Shown here: positions 26,727-39,078 of the stretch, in pieces | Numbering within the stretch: the first letter of the stretch is position 1 | How the letters are laid out: each line of letters starts with the position of its first letter | Source of the DNA: Botryllus schlosseri | Lineage: Eukaryota | NCBI GenBank assembly: GCA_051294905.1 | Contig: CM119371.1 | Coordinates: 1,552,001 to 1,616,000, forward strand | Direction: 5' to 3' | DNA length: 64,000 nt | The notes under the pieces: generated by a model | Told to the model about the DNA's origin: nothing | Databases searched by the model: none | Seen by the model: only the letters and a program-made list of their open reading frames with translations | Made by a program: the position numbers and the translations under genes

Positions 26727-26873
26727 ATTATTAACTCTCAAGTATAGTCTAGAAAGCTGAGTATATAGAGTAAAACTGAGTATGTAAGTTATGAATTATT
26801 TGAAATTTTTATGCACATGCAATGATGACTGTAGATTGTAGAAACTTCCAATTTGATAACTCAACGGTAATGT

Positions 26874-28130
26874 TAGAGCTGGCGACCAGAACGCGCAATT
26901 TAATTACGCAGGTCTCAATCAATCGAAAGCTACTTTCGCACTGATTCCGAAAAGAGAAATTAAAATCTAGTCCGGGCACTGAAAACCCCGGAAATCGCCC
27001 TCAAAGTGCCAATGTCGGTATTGTTTCAATCAATGGTAACGCCGGTAGACAATGACCGTTCAATGTCTCGTACTGATTGTGACATCATTGAGCGCCTCGG
27101 CGAAGTCGTGCCGTGATTCTCAGAGTATAACGCGTCGTATCAATCACCGTAACGCGAATCAGTCGTAATGTGAATAGTTTATGTATTTTGCGTCGTCGCG
27201 CATTCAAAAATTTGGATAAATACAAATTATAGCACAGAAGCCTACACATATATTGTAGAATTTACTATCAACGCGTATTTCTTAGTACGCAACAGGCCGA
27301 TCTACGAAACACTTTGTTCCATTCGGCACAGCGGTTCATGAATTTCATTGTAATATATATTCGGCGTTGCAATCACGCATCTGGAATTGAATTGGGCTGA
27401 TTCCGTGCATCCATGTCACACTGACAGGTGTCGGGACGCCGTTTAGGACTTCGCTAAATGAATTTTGATACAGCTGTAGGCTACTGTTGTATTGTGATGT
27501 ACGAAATGTTTTGTTAATCAACCTGTTACTCGTAGAGCAGATCTGGAGTATTATCATTTATATTTGTTGATATTTGAAAATGTGCGACGGCGCGAAACGC
27601 GATAAGTACTCGTAGCATTAGGAAGTATTCACGTTACAGCAATTGATGCGGCGCAAAGTGCTACGACTGATTGTAACGACGAAAATATATTCCAATGAAA
27701 TTCATGAACCGCTGTGCCGAATGGAACAAACTGTTTCGCGTACGCGTTGATAGTAAATTCTACGATGATATGTGTAGGCTTCTGTGCCATAATTTGTGTT
27801 AATCCAAATTTTTGAATGTGCGACGACGCAAAATACACAAACTATTCACATTACGACTTATTCGCGTTATGGCGATTGATACGGCGCGCTATACTCTGAG
27901 AATCACAGGGAACACGGCATGACTTCGCCGAGGCGCTCAATGATGTCACAATCAGTTCGAGACATTTGATTTGTTATTGTCTACTGGCGCTACCTTTGTT
28001 GGAAACAATGCCGATTTCCGACTTTGAAGGCAGTTTTCGGGGGGTTTAAGTGCCCGGACTAGATTAGTGTGAAAGTAACTTTTTATTGAGACCTGTTTTA
28101 TTAAATTTTGCGCTCTGTTTGCCAGCTATA
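26874..28130. mobile_element. Foldback/MITE with ~500-bp imperfect inverted arms
   Basis: TA(G/T)AGCTGGC ends; 26874-~27390 is the diverged reverse complement of ~27665-28130 (e.g. TGTGACATCATTGAGCGCCTCGGCGAAGTC vs GACTTCGCCGAGGCGCTCAATGATGTCACA). Confidence 0.8.
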
Positions 28131-29319
28131 AGATTACCAACTTAATCTGCGTTTAATCAACTCATATGTCTGTTACTGTGTGTTTGAGGTGCCACTACTG
28201 CCTCTGACTGTTATTTATCTGTTCAGATACGTTGTCTCAGCAAGTAGCCCTTCCTAGAGGGAGCCGTCTAGGTTCATTCTGCTGGGAATTTCCTGGAACT
28301 GGAAATGGTGAGTATATAGTATATTTATTAGATTACCGCGGAGTTTCCCAATAAAGTGGCAGCTGACAAAGTTGGACAGAACTGGGAAGAAAGCTCTGTA
28401 GTTTAGACGAGATCGTATATCGTAGATTGAACTAGTTTGTCGTCTCTATAAATTGTTTAATATAATCTTTCTGTTTAGGTGCAGTATTTCTACGACTGTA
28501 CCGGAAAAGGACTACGAGATTGCAGTCCGATCTGTGTTAAGCCATGCACCATCCAAAAACAAATCAGCAATACGAGGTAGATGCAATATTGATGTTCTAA
28601 ATATATTGCGCAGAGGAGATAATGGTTATATTGTGTGACCATACTCGTAGGCGCCAAATTTTATTTCTACATAGGGTGACCAGATGAAACAAGGGGGTTT
28701 GAAATATAAAGCAGACAAGAATTAGTAGCCTGCAGATGATAGCAAACGAGAAAGCACGCATCCCAGGCCTACGATACGAATATTGTAGGCCCCGGCGCAT
28801 CTAATCAGTAATTCCTGAACTTGACTACAGCACAATGGGTTGGAACCTAGTCTAACAACACGACAGTTGCATGTTGAAATCCTGGATTACAATTTATTGA
28901 GGCGTTTCAAGCATTACTTTGTCGCCGCCTACAAAGCTGCGTATTCAATTATTTGCGCGTGTAGGTGTAGGCCTATTGGTTAATGGTAAATAGTTGGCAT
29001 TTACGCGATATCACGGACTCGCTCATTGACAGCGCTGATGTCGTATCAAAATGACCAGACAATAGAAATATACGAAAATTTGAAATCGCAGACGGCGGGC
29101 GTTTCAGCATATTGTATGGGGTGCCACCCCATAACTCGGCCCCTATGACCATGACGCTACTCAGTACTCATATATTCACCCATGTTTTACTTGCATGTCA
29201 GTTTTTTTCGTTTTCGTGGTCGTTAATTTTAGTACAAAAAGTAGTTCATTTGCAAAGTATATCATAATCATTTGAACGTGTCTACTTCAAGTTTTTTTGA
29301 AGACCCCCAGTGTCTACTG

Positions 29320-30409
29320 CAGAGGTCTCAAACTCAAATGTGCTCGCGGGCCAATTTTCCAGTTTTTACGCCGCCGCGGGCCGCAGCATTTATAGGGGTA
29401 TTCTATGTCTTTCGAAGTAGGCCTTATTTGGCGGGAATGAATTGTCCTATTGAAAGTGAGCCGATCCAGCAGAGTGACAGTAAACACACATCGTCAAAAT
29501 GTGATTTACTCTTGTATCAACTTAGGCCTGACACGAAAAGAATCATCACAATTATACCTATTTGAATAGAATTGATATATATTAATCATAATATATAGAC
29601 ACCATGTGGGTGGACAAAAAGCTATCGGGTTATAATTTTGGAGCTACTATGGATATTTTTAATTTAACAGATTGATAATAGAGACTTATCTGATATCAAA
29701 ACATTTTAGGTTGAGCATGAGCATTGTAATTCCAATCCAGGATTCGGGTATACGTTTGATAAGTAGGCTATTAATCTCATGGCCAAATATCTTCAAATAT
29801 AGGAGCAGAAAAAAATATAAATATAACATAAATATATTAATGAATGTGTCCTAGTGACTGAAATGTCGGAACGCCGAACGCCCCATTGTTGTTACATCGT
29901 TGGAGCGTACCACTACGGTACTCGATACCTTTAAGTGGCCTTAATAACATGGTTTAGCGACCAAAAATGTATAACTAACAGATTGCCAATGGTTGCCATA
30001 CCTACTTGCTTAGTTAGCGAAATACCAAGCTGCGACCTTTTGATCTATTACTGTTCCCCTGATACGCGATTAGTTTGTTGCGTCCATGGTTCTAACAAAT
30101 GCACGGCATTCCGAGTCCACTTGAGTCATTTTCATTTTGCCACCGAGGGGTCAGGTTTTGTCATCATGAATTCGAAATGTGACGAAATAGTGAGTTTTCC
30201 ACTGCATGGTAGCGTTTGCTTTTGATTTGATAGTGAAGTTTGATGAATAGTTTCAGGCTTTCGGAGCAATTTAATAAGGAATTTTCACTTTATAACTTGA
30301 AAAGATATATGTGACACTTATATATTGTCAAATGATTTTGATTAAAAATCTAAAATGTCGTCGCGGGCCGCTCAAAATGCTATGGCGGGCCGCGTGTTTG
30401 AGACCTCTG
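29320..30409. mobile_element. Non-autonomous hAT (Charlie-like) element
   Basis: TIRs CAGAGGTCTCAAAC / GTTTGAGACCTCTG; perfect 8-bp TSD GTCTACTG (29312-29319, 30410-30417); GCGGGCCGC motifs. Confidence 0.92.
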
Positions 30410-31289
30410 GTCTACTGAATAAGGCTTGCTGGGCGTTCAGAATTGGTAGCATTTTAAAGGATTGTTTCATGTTTGCATGTAATGATTTTCTTGCTAATTA
30501 ATTTTTAGGACAAGAATGCAGAACAAGTCCATATCCTGTCTCAGCCTTGCCCAGACGATGACGAGGAAGAGGATGCTGTATAAAGTCATTTCCATCATGC
30601 CAACTTTTGGCCTCATTGCAAGTTAAACCTGTATGAAAGATTGAAGATATTTCCAGCTAAAGAAATTGTTGCTTGCAAGTGTGCATTGCTTGTTGTGGAA
30701 ATTTTTACAAGTTAAGGTTGAATCTGCTGATTATTATTTTCATCCGCTCAGGACACGGTATATACAATCAAAAAGGGGTGAAAGTGAGTCATCCTTGCTG
30801 CTCAAGTAAAGGTGGATCTGAATCTGACTACTTGAGTACTTTCCAAAAACAGAAAAAGTCGCACACTTGCAGGTTACTGCAGTTGGTAGGGGCCGCTTTA
30901 AAAATTGAGGGATATGCCACCGCGAAAAATATAATGGCACTCAACTATAGTGCGATTACTAAATTGCATTCACTATCGCTACATTATAGGGGCTATCTAA
31001 CTGGTTATGTCTCAAAAACCTAAGTAGAAGTAGTCACAAAAACATGCAACAAAAGTAGGCAAAATCTAAGTAGAAGTGCTTTGTTTGTTATACTGCACCT
31101 TGCACAATGCGTGACAGATCTGCACATAGAGGATGTCGGAACGGCCAATTGACCATAGTAAAACATCCTATTTTTTGTATCTCTATTCGTATTACCTCTC
31201 CACCTTCAATATTTGTCATCTTAAATGTCAACGTCAACTAGTGTGCATGTAAGTAGTATAGTCGATCGCTCGCATGCGGCCATGGGGTT

Positions 31290-31730
31290 CTTATGGGCGG
31301 GGTGGCGATTCGCCTGGAAACCCGGGGTGGCGATTCGCCTTTTTAGACCCCCCTCTGGGCCGCGATTCGCCATGTGTTCTTATGGGTGCGGTCGTGATTC
31401 GCCTTTTCGGGTATAGGCTGCGGCGGTGAGGTGTCTGAAAACCCGGGGTGGTGACTCGCCTTTTTTGCTATAGGCCGCGGTCGTGATTCGCCGTGAAAAC
31501 TCGTGGTCGTGACTCGTTTTTTTTGCTATAGGTGGTGGCGGTGATTCGCCATGTGTTCTTATGGGTGCGGTCGTGATTCGCACTTTCAGGCATCTCTCGC
31601 ACGTCGTACTTTCGCGTGTAGGCTGTGGCGGTGATTCGCCTGTCGTGTATTCTTACGGGATCTGTGGTGATTCGCCATGTGTTCTTATGGATGCGGTCGT
31701 GATTCGCACTTTCAGGCATCTCTCGCGCGG
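31290..31730. repeat. GC/CpG-rich subterminal array of GTGATTCGCC-like motifs (mirror at 45060-45500)
   Basis: More than ten G(T/C)GA(T/C)TCGC motifs; higher-order repeat ATGTGTTCTTATGG at 31372, 31551 and 31677. Confidence 0.85.
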
Positions 31731-34700
31731 TGTTGAATATGTACGAGTCACCAACAATAACCGCACAAACGGAAACGTGGCTTGCAAGAGGATTAAGCAG
31801 TGCGTGCGACCAATATTTCGAATGACCCGCGCGCTGAATTGTTTCCGTGCAGTCGTGTGCTACTATCGATTATTACACTAGATCAGTCAGTGTGAAATAG
31901 TTTGCTAAATCTAGGAATCAGTCGCATGGTGTTACTTTAGTAATTAGTTTACCACAGAGCCGGCGTAGCCGGTGATTCGAATACCGACAAATTTTCACTT
32001 ATTTCTGACCCAACCCTAATCCTCTGTGAAGTTGACGCTTATTCAAAAAGGTGTGAAATAATTGTAAAATCCTAATCCGAAACCGATTATTTCGACTTTG
32101 GCGTAGTGCGCATTGAAATAGGATTGACAAACATGACTAGCAACTTCCCCCACAGTCCCGTTTCGATATTATACACACACTGATTTGAAACAAGTAATGT
32201 AACATTACAACTCTATTCCCGATCCAGCTTTCCGTTTGTCAAAGAGACATTTTAACATCTTACCATACTCAAAAGAATTACTCACAACATTACCAATTGT
32301 TAAAAATCTAGTTTTAGGTAATATTTCGGTAATTAGTTTACCATAGAACCGGCGTAGACGGTGATTCGAAAACCAACTATTTGACGCTTTCTGGTGCTTG
32401 CTATATGTTTTTACACTTCGAACGTGGTGGACTTTAGTTGCGTGATAAGAATATTCAACCAATGTGTCAATTTGTCAACTCGAAATGAAACTTACTACAC
32501 AGCTCAAGTTGATTCGTATCTGAATGTGTTAATTCGGTACAATTCTAATTATTTTGAGAAATCTTTTCGTGATCTTTTGATTCGACCGTAACCTGAATAT
32601 TACTGACGCCGACTTTCAGCCACATCGAATTATTCGCACATTCCACGACGCTGTTTTCACACTTATAGAATCAATACCAACTATAATTCTACAAGAATCA
32701 AGAATCACAAGTATGTGTATTATACAGTTATTGTCTTTCTCAACACGAAATCAAACTCTTAACAAAAACACGCATCTTATCACTCGTCAACTCTATCATG
32801 AAAAGCCTCGAGTCCTTATTATCAAAAATGTTATAGCGCGGTGTCGGAATCCATTCGCGGGATGTACTAAAGGTAAATCCAGATAATCCAAAATGAAATA
32901 TTTGGACTTTGACATAATCTGAATTGAAATATATTGACAAACATGACTACCAACTTTGATCCAGTCACATTTCAAGATCATACTTTGAAACAATCCTTGA
33001 AACTTACAACTCTATTCACGATCCTGCTTTCCGTTTGTCAAAGAGATATTTCAATATCGTACCATACTCAAAAGAATTATTCACAACATTAACAATTGTT
33101 AAAAATCTAGTTTCACTTACTTGATTATATCACTACAACTCATAAATTTGAAATAATTCATCCTGGTTGTACTCGTATGATCGGTCTTTTTTTTATTCGA
33201 TTGTAAAGGTCGTTACTATTCTGAAGACAAAGTATTTACTAATCGGTGCATATACGATTTGACTTGAACATATTATATTTTGAGTATACGAGATTTGAAT
33301 GTCTGAACAATAACTGACTAATAATTTATCACAATTAAATCCGTATATTACAGCGTAAAAGATATTTGAATGTCAGCAACTCGGTAAGGTCATAGTTACT
33401 ACCACATTACCTAATTTACCCGACCAACTCGTCATGATCATTCCTGAAATCAACACAAACATGACTACTGACTTGAGTTAACCACAAAACAGCATCAAGT
33501 TTTAAATCCACTTGTAGCTTACGGCTTATTTGAATGCGGGTTATGTTTTGTTGTAATTGAGTGTACGGAAATAGTATTACGTCTCGACATCTCACCATCT
33601 TACCATATTCAAAGAGTCAACCACGAAAACATTGTCAAGTAAATCCGTTTGTAACTTACCCGACCAACTCAAACAGTATCAGTATGAAAAACAGCCAAAC
33701 ATACACGAATCCATACAATCACTAAAACCTAAAATTCATAACAAGCTTGGTTGTATTCATATCCATACACATCTTTTTTTATTCAACTTGAAAAGTCGTT
33801 ACTATTCTGTAAGATAGAGGAATTACTACGCGGTATATTCTGCAAGACAAACTAATTACTACTCGGTATATTTTGTAAGACAAAAGTAATTACTTCTCAG
33901 TGTCGGCGACTTGAGATTAACATAATATGTTTGAGTATACGAGATTTGAAAGTCTGACCAACGTAGTTGAGAATTCATTTCTTACAATCGAACGATGGTG
34001 TTATATTCAAAGTTATCATGCTGTGAACATAAGGATTGACACATTGATTTGACATATGAGATTTTGTAATAGTTGATCATTACTTTATTATTAAATTATT
34101 TGCGTTAATTAGACCCGGCGTTGTGGTAAATGTTATGACAGCAACAAACTTTTCAGTACCAATGTTATTAACATATTAAGCTGTAAAACTATGTGTGTCT
34201 GAAATGTTCTTGATAGGAAAATTACTCCACCTTGGTAAAAATCACTCTGCGTATCGCGGATATCAGAAAATATTTCCAGTAACCAAGACTAAAGATGAAA
34301 CGACAATATCGGTATTATTACATTCAACAATCAGTACAATTATTAAAATCTATCGTTTGCGATAAACAGCACTAAAAATGTAATAATTCCAGTATTCATA
34401 CATTAAACCTCCGATACAAAATGCTTTATTATCCCGATTCCCAACGGGTAATTGAAACGACTAAGTGTAGAATCAGTATATCACAGTATCGTTACTATTG
34501 AATCCAACGATTTATTGTCGGAATTTGTGACAGAGAATTGAAACATATGCACTTTACAGAGTGTGAAAATATCACTTTGAGTATCGAGTACCGTTCGAAG
34601 CTAGCGATCAATTCTTAATCATTTCAGTAACTCACCATTGTGCGTGCTAAATGTAAAATATCGCGAGGTTATACACTCTAAGACTTAGATCATTACAAAA

Positions 34701-36619
34701 GTAAATTGTGATATGTTTGTTAGATGCATCCAATTCAGTTAGAAATGTCTGGTGCACAACAATCGTAATATCAAAAAAGTACTTGCTACACTGTTATTTG
34801 CTAAACGTGTTTTGCATTGTTGTTCATTTGTAGTATTGATTGAAATTGTTCTTGAACCCTCAAATAATAATTCCTGACATGAAACCAAGCCGCTGAAAGT
34901 CGCTACCATCACGAAGATACAATGTGTACGATGTTTGTCAAATGTGTCCTACCTGGCCAACAGAAAACAATTTTCACTCACTTGAAATGAAACCAATGTG
35001 ATGGTCTCCATTCGATATTTTGTTTGTGGCAAATACTTTGCAATGAACACATTTGCGTGGTTGAGCTTTACATCATCAAGCTGTTATTTGTAAATCAAGA
35101 TTTCGGTAAACTTGTAAATGTATCGTTTAACTAACCGACATTCAGTGATTGGGGAACATACCAGACGATACACATCCATCTCCGAAATACTGCGTTGATC
35201 TTAATTTCCATCGTCGTGATAATCGAAGTACATTTCTTTCGAATTCGTAACAACCGACTATGACATGATAAATTTTTGACAAGTTATGCTTAGAAGAATG
35301 GTTGCATATCGCGAAAAAAAAAATATACCACTCATATTGATACTATTACTCCATTGATCGATATTTTCAAACGAGTAAAATTTATTACTTGAGTTTCCCC
35401 GCTTAATGTAAATGAAAACTCAACCGTCTTTTAACATCACAAAGACATTGATAAAAAGTAGGCAATCAAACACAACACTTTGTACGACACTAATTATTGT
35501 TCCACACATCTCATTTCATACTAAGTGTATACGAAAGATATTTATGACACATGAAAATATTCCCATGCTACAAACCTGTACAATGATTGGTGGTGCTTTC
35601 AAACTGTTTCGATATCACAAGAACTTTATTGTCTGAATGGGTGTTCATGTATCTTAATAATCAAATAGTTCAACACAGAACTAGTACGAACAGAAACATC
35701 AGAGTTGTTTACACAAAAGTTTGTATGTGCACAGTATGCGAATACCATGTGTAAGTCCAGCACAATTGTGGTATCCATCCGATTTAGTTAACACAATTTA
35801 CGACACCGAGGTCGCCTCATCTTTCGTAAGACAACAAACCAAGGCTTCAGGATATGTCCATGTCATAGCAATAAATCAGCTACTCCAACAACAGAGTACA
35901 TATGTTTTCTAGTTACGGTGCTTACATCTTACACACAAATCAATCTGCTGTGCTAACGAAAAGTGCTGAGTCATCACATGGTTGTCCTCACAACAATACA
36001 ACTAAAACATACTATCATACAAAATGGCCGTTATAGTCACCAATGGTACATCGTACAAGTAACAAGTCTCGAGAATCCAGTTATTCAAAAAACGTGAAAG
36101 TATTTCTACACCAAGTCGTTATGTTGACGAAGACGTATATTGTAATATCATGATCGATTTGTATTCGTTGACCGCAAAATGTCACTACTCTAAATAATTA
36201 TTTTTCACTCAAACACAAAAACCTACTTGTCGCCATTGGTTTTCATCAAGCACGAGTTCAAGAAACTTACTTACTACGACATGAATTGTTATTTTATGTT
36301 GTGTAAATAGGTAATAATTAATTCAAGTAACACTATATCAACATCATCGAGCTGTGCGAATAGATTTACATGTGGTCTTGTGGTTTTAATCGAAGTACAC
36401 AGTACGGTCTAATGTAGAGTCATCTCTATTGTACAGCAACTCGGTAGTCGAAATGCATTAAAATTTAAACAGCGATCTTGTTTCATCACGCGAAAAATAT
36501 GTTCACTATCGCGATACTTTGCACAGGACGTGTAAATCCTTTTCACACTCGTAATAGTATACCAACGGCTACCGGCGACAACGTTTAACAACACCAACGA
36601 CACTAAACATACGATACCT

Positions 36620-37195
36620 ACCCAAGTAAAATTTCCATTTTCACCTGGAGGTCAGCCGTTACCTGAGTAAAAATACCATTATTCTTTGGAGATTTATCGT
36701 TTAATCAGAGTAACAAAACATTTTCACTTGGGGTTCCATCGTTTCCCAGAGTAACAAACCCCCCTTTCCTTTGGGAATCTATTTTTTTTTCCGTGGGTAA
36801 CAAATCTTTTTCACTTGGAAATATCTTTTTTCCTCGGGTAACAAACCTTTTTCGCTTGGAAACATATTTTTTTCCCTGGGGAGCAAACCTTTTTCACTTG
36901 AAAATATATTTTTTCCTCGGGTAACAAACCTTTTTCACTTGGAAATATATTTTTTCCTCGGGTAACAACCCATTTTCACTTGGAAATATATTTTTTCCCC
37001 GAGCAACAAGCCTTTTTCACTTGTGAATATATTTTTTTCCCCTGAACAACAAACCATTTTCACTTGGCGGTCCGTCGTTTACCTGAGTAAAAATATCATT
37101 TTCCTTTGGAGATCTGGCGTTTACCCAGTGTAACAACACATTTTCTCTTGGTCATCTAGCTTTTCCTAGAGTAACAAAACCATTTTCATTTTGAA
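36620..37195. repeat. ~41-bp minisatellite (mirror at 39600-40172)
   Basis: About 14 head-to-tail units of TTTTCACTTGGAAATATATTTTTTCCTCGGGTAACAAACC, most conserved in the centre. Confidence 0.9.
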
Positions 37196-38454
37196 ATCTG
37201 ACAAACACACCTGACAATTTGATATTTTTGTATATTGTTACAACGGATAGCGACAAAATATACACCAACAACAACTCCAATACATTTGTGTAATCGCATA
37301 TTCACTTGTGCTGATGCAACCCATCAAAATCATCGGTTACCCACATGCAATGTACTGTTGTACATCGACGTTTATGTTTTTGGAAAATTGGACAATAGGC
37401 TTCGATAGTTCTGTGATGTCCGGGTTCGTGCTTTGGATTTTCCAGAGTCAAAATGTCTGAATAAAACACCTCCTTGACGATGGTTGGTATGTGGATAACG
37501 GTGTTCGGAAAACGGTTGGATTTATGTCACCCATCGCGATAATAATTCCAGGTCGAGATTTCCCCCGCGTGTTTACTATATTGTGTCTTTATTGGTCATG
37601 TATGTCTCGACATTCAGTTTGAAATCGGAAACCCTGATAAAGTATGTAACCGGATCCGGATATCAACTCTGAATTGATAAACCAATGAACAATATTCAAA
37701 GTAAACATGTTACACCCTGTGTTTCCACGAAAAAATACCATCCAGATATACGTCGCGCTTGTTTGCCCACATCAGTATACGCGTAAATGGAGGTGTGTGA
37801 CATTGCATGCAATGTGTTGGTATACAAACATCGATCCACAGACATTATCATAGCCGGTAGTTTTGATGTAGATCGAATGTCATCACACCCGATAACAATG
37901 TCATACCAATAAGCCACATTGCAATGACTCTGAGTCCGCGCTATTACATCGATATTTCGGCACCGTTCACTGATTTACTCGATGGTGTTATCGTGTTGTA
38001 ACATTACAAGATAGTCATGGCCCTATCTCCGGACAGACCACCCAGATCAATTGGATACATCGGTCAATATCCATCGTGTTGTCGACACCGAAGTTTTCTG
38101 CTGAGACTGCAGCGTTTGACCAAGGTGAACTATCGAATCACGGGTGCTCGAAATGATTGCGATCAGTCTTTCACTAAATCACGATGCATGGATGTCACTA
38201 CTCCCACATAACGACTCGTGATAAATATCGTGAACAGTGATTCTGCAAATCTCGGACTGATACTGTGATCCAATAAGGTGTGTTTCTGTGGAATGAAGAC
38301 TGCAATCGTACACCACAATAGAACACTACCTCGCGATTTCACACGCAATCATAAAACACGTCATCGTAAGGGTCCAGTTCGTCCGGTGACATTTCGAAAC
38401 GGTCGTCGCCACAAGAGATCGGTATCATTTTGAAACGACATCGTCACAAGTCTA

Positions 38455-39078
38455 TTGACGTCGATTCTGTTGGTCATGTCAATCCCTTTCACAATCCACC
38501 GTTTTTCAACTCCCCGCACCATAGTGTTACGACACAGACAAGAAGCGTCGGTGGAAATAATAAAACACGGAAAGCACACTTTGGTGTTATTTGACATGGA
38601 TTTTACACCCGACGAACCTTACATTCGAGCGATGCATTGGAATGACGCTTGTATTATTGACGTAGAAGGAACAGAAATGTATCGATTTATTGGTTTCGTA
38701 CATATCCAACAAAAACCAGGGTATGTGATTGTGCGTGGTTCGCATATTCGACTGTGAACGCTCTATTGGTATATGCTGTATAGTTCACTTTCACCGTCGT
38801 GCGAATAACCCATGTTACGGTTCGATGTTTGTGTGTCTGTATGTCACGCTTCAGATTGACTCAGAGTCATTGCAATGTGGCTTATTGGTATGACATTGTT
38901 AACGGGTGTGATGACATTCGATCTACATCAAAACTACCGGCTATGATAATGTCTGTGGATCGATGTTTGTATACCAACACATTGCATGCAATGTCACACA
39001 CCTCCATTTACGCGTATACTGATGTGGGCAAACAAGCGCGACGTATATCTGGATGGTATTTTTTCGTGGAAACACAGG
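38455..39078 (+). pseudogene. Putative spliced cargo gene of unknown function crossing from the spacer into the right arm
   Basis: ORF 38455 ends ...QQKP GG|GTATGT (donor at 38721). Acceptor CTTCAG|A at 38854 completes GGA and continues in frame as LTQSHCNVAYWYDIV...WYFFVETQ. Confidence 0.45.

Larger units (their letters stand above)
26168..30583 (+). pseudogene. Decayed spliced accessory gene of the EnSpm-like element (DUF4806/BEN-like, tentative)
   Basis: Plus-strand exon candidates: ~26168-26436 (S/D/K/R-rich linker), 28227-28308, 28479-28576 (KDYEIAVRSVLSHAPSKNK, resembling the C-terminal I..WL.HAP motif of DUF4806 proteins) and 30509-30583 (acidic tail plus TAA). Confidence 0.4.
31252..37936 (+). 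repeat. Left arm of the giant inverted repeat (6685 bp)
   Basis: Reverse complement of 38858-45538 with roughly 20 differences seen by eye. Confidence 0.95.

Noticed and set aside
31225..31881. Short repetitive ORFs (MPESANHDR..., MRITTAP...) and their mirrors at 44969-45410
   Set aside because: They are by-products of the GC-rich terminal repeat array and are open in several frames on both strands.
36620..37195. CRISPR array
   Set aside because: Units are head-to-tail with no unique spacers, there are no cas genes, and the context is eukaryotic.
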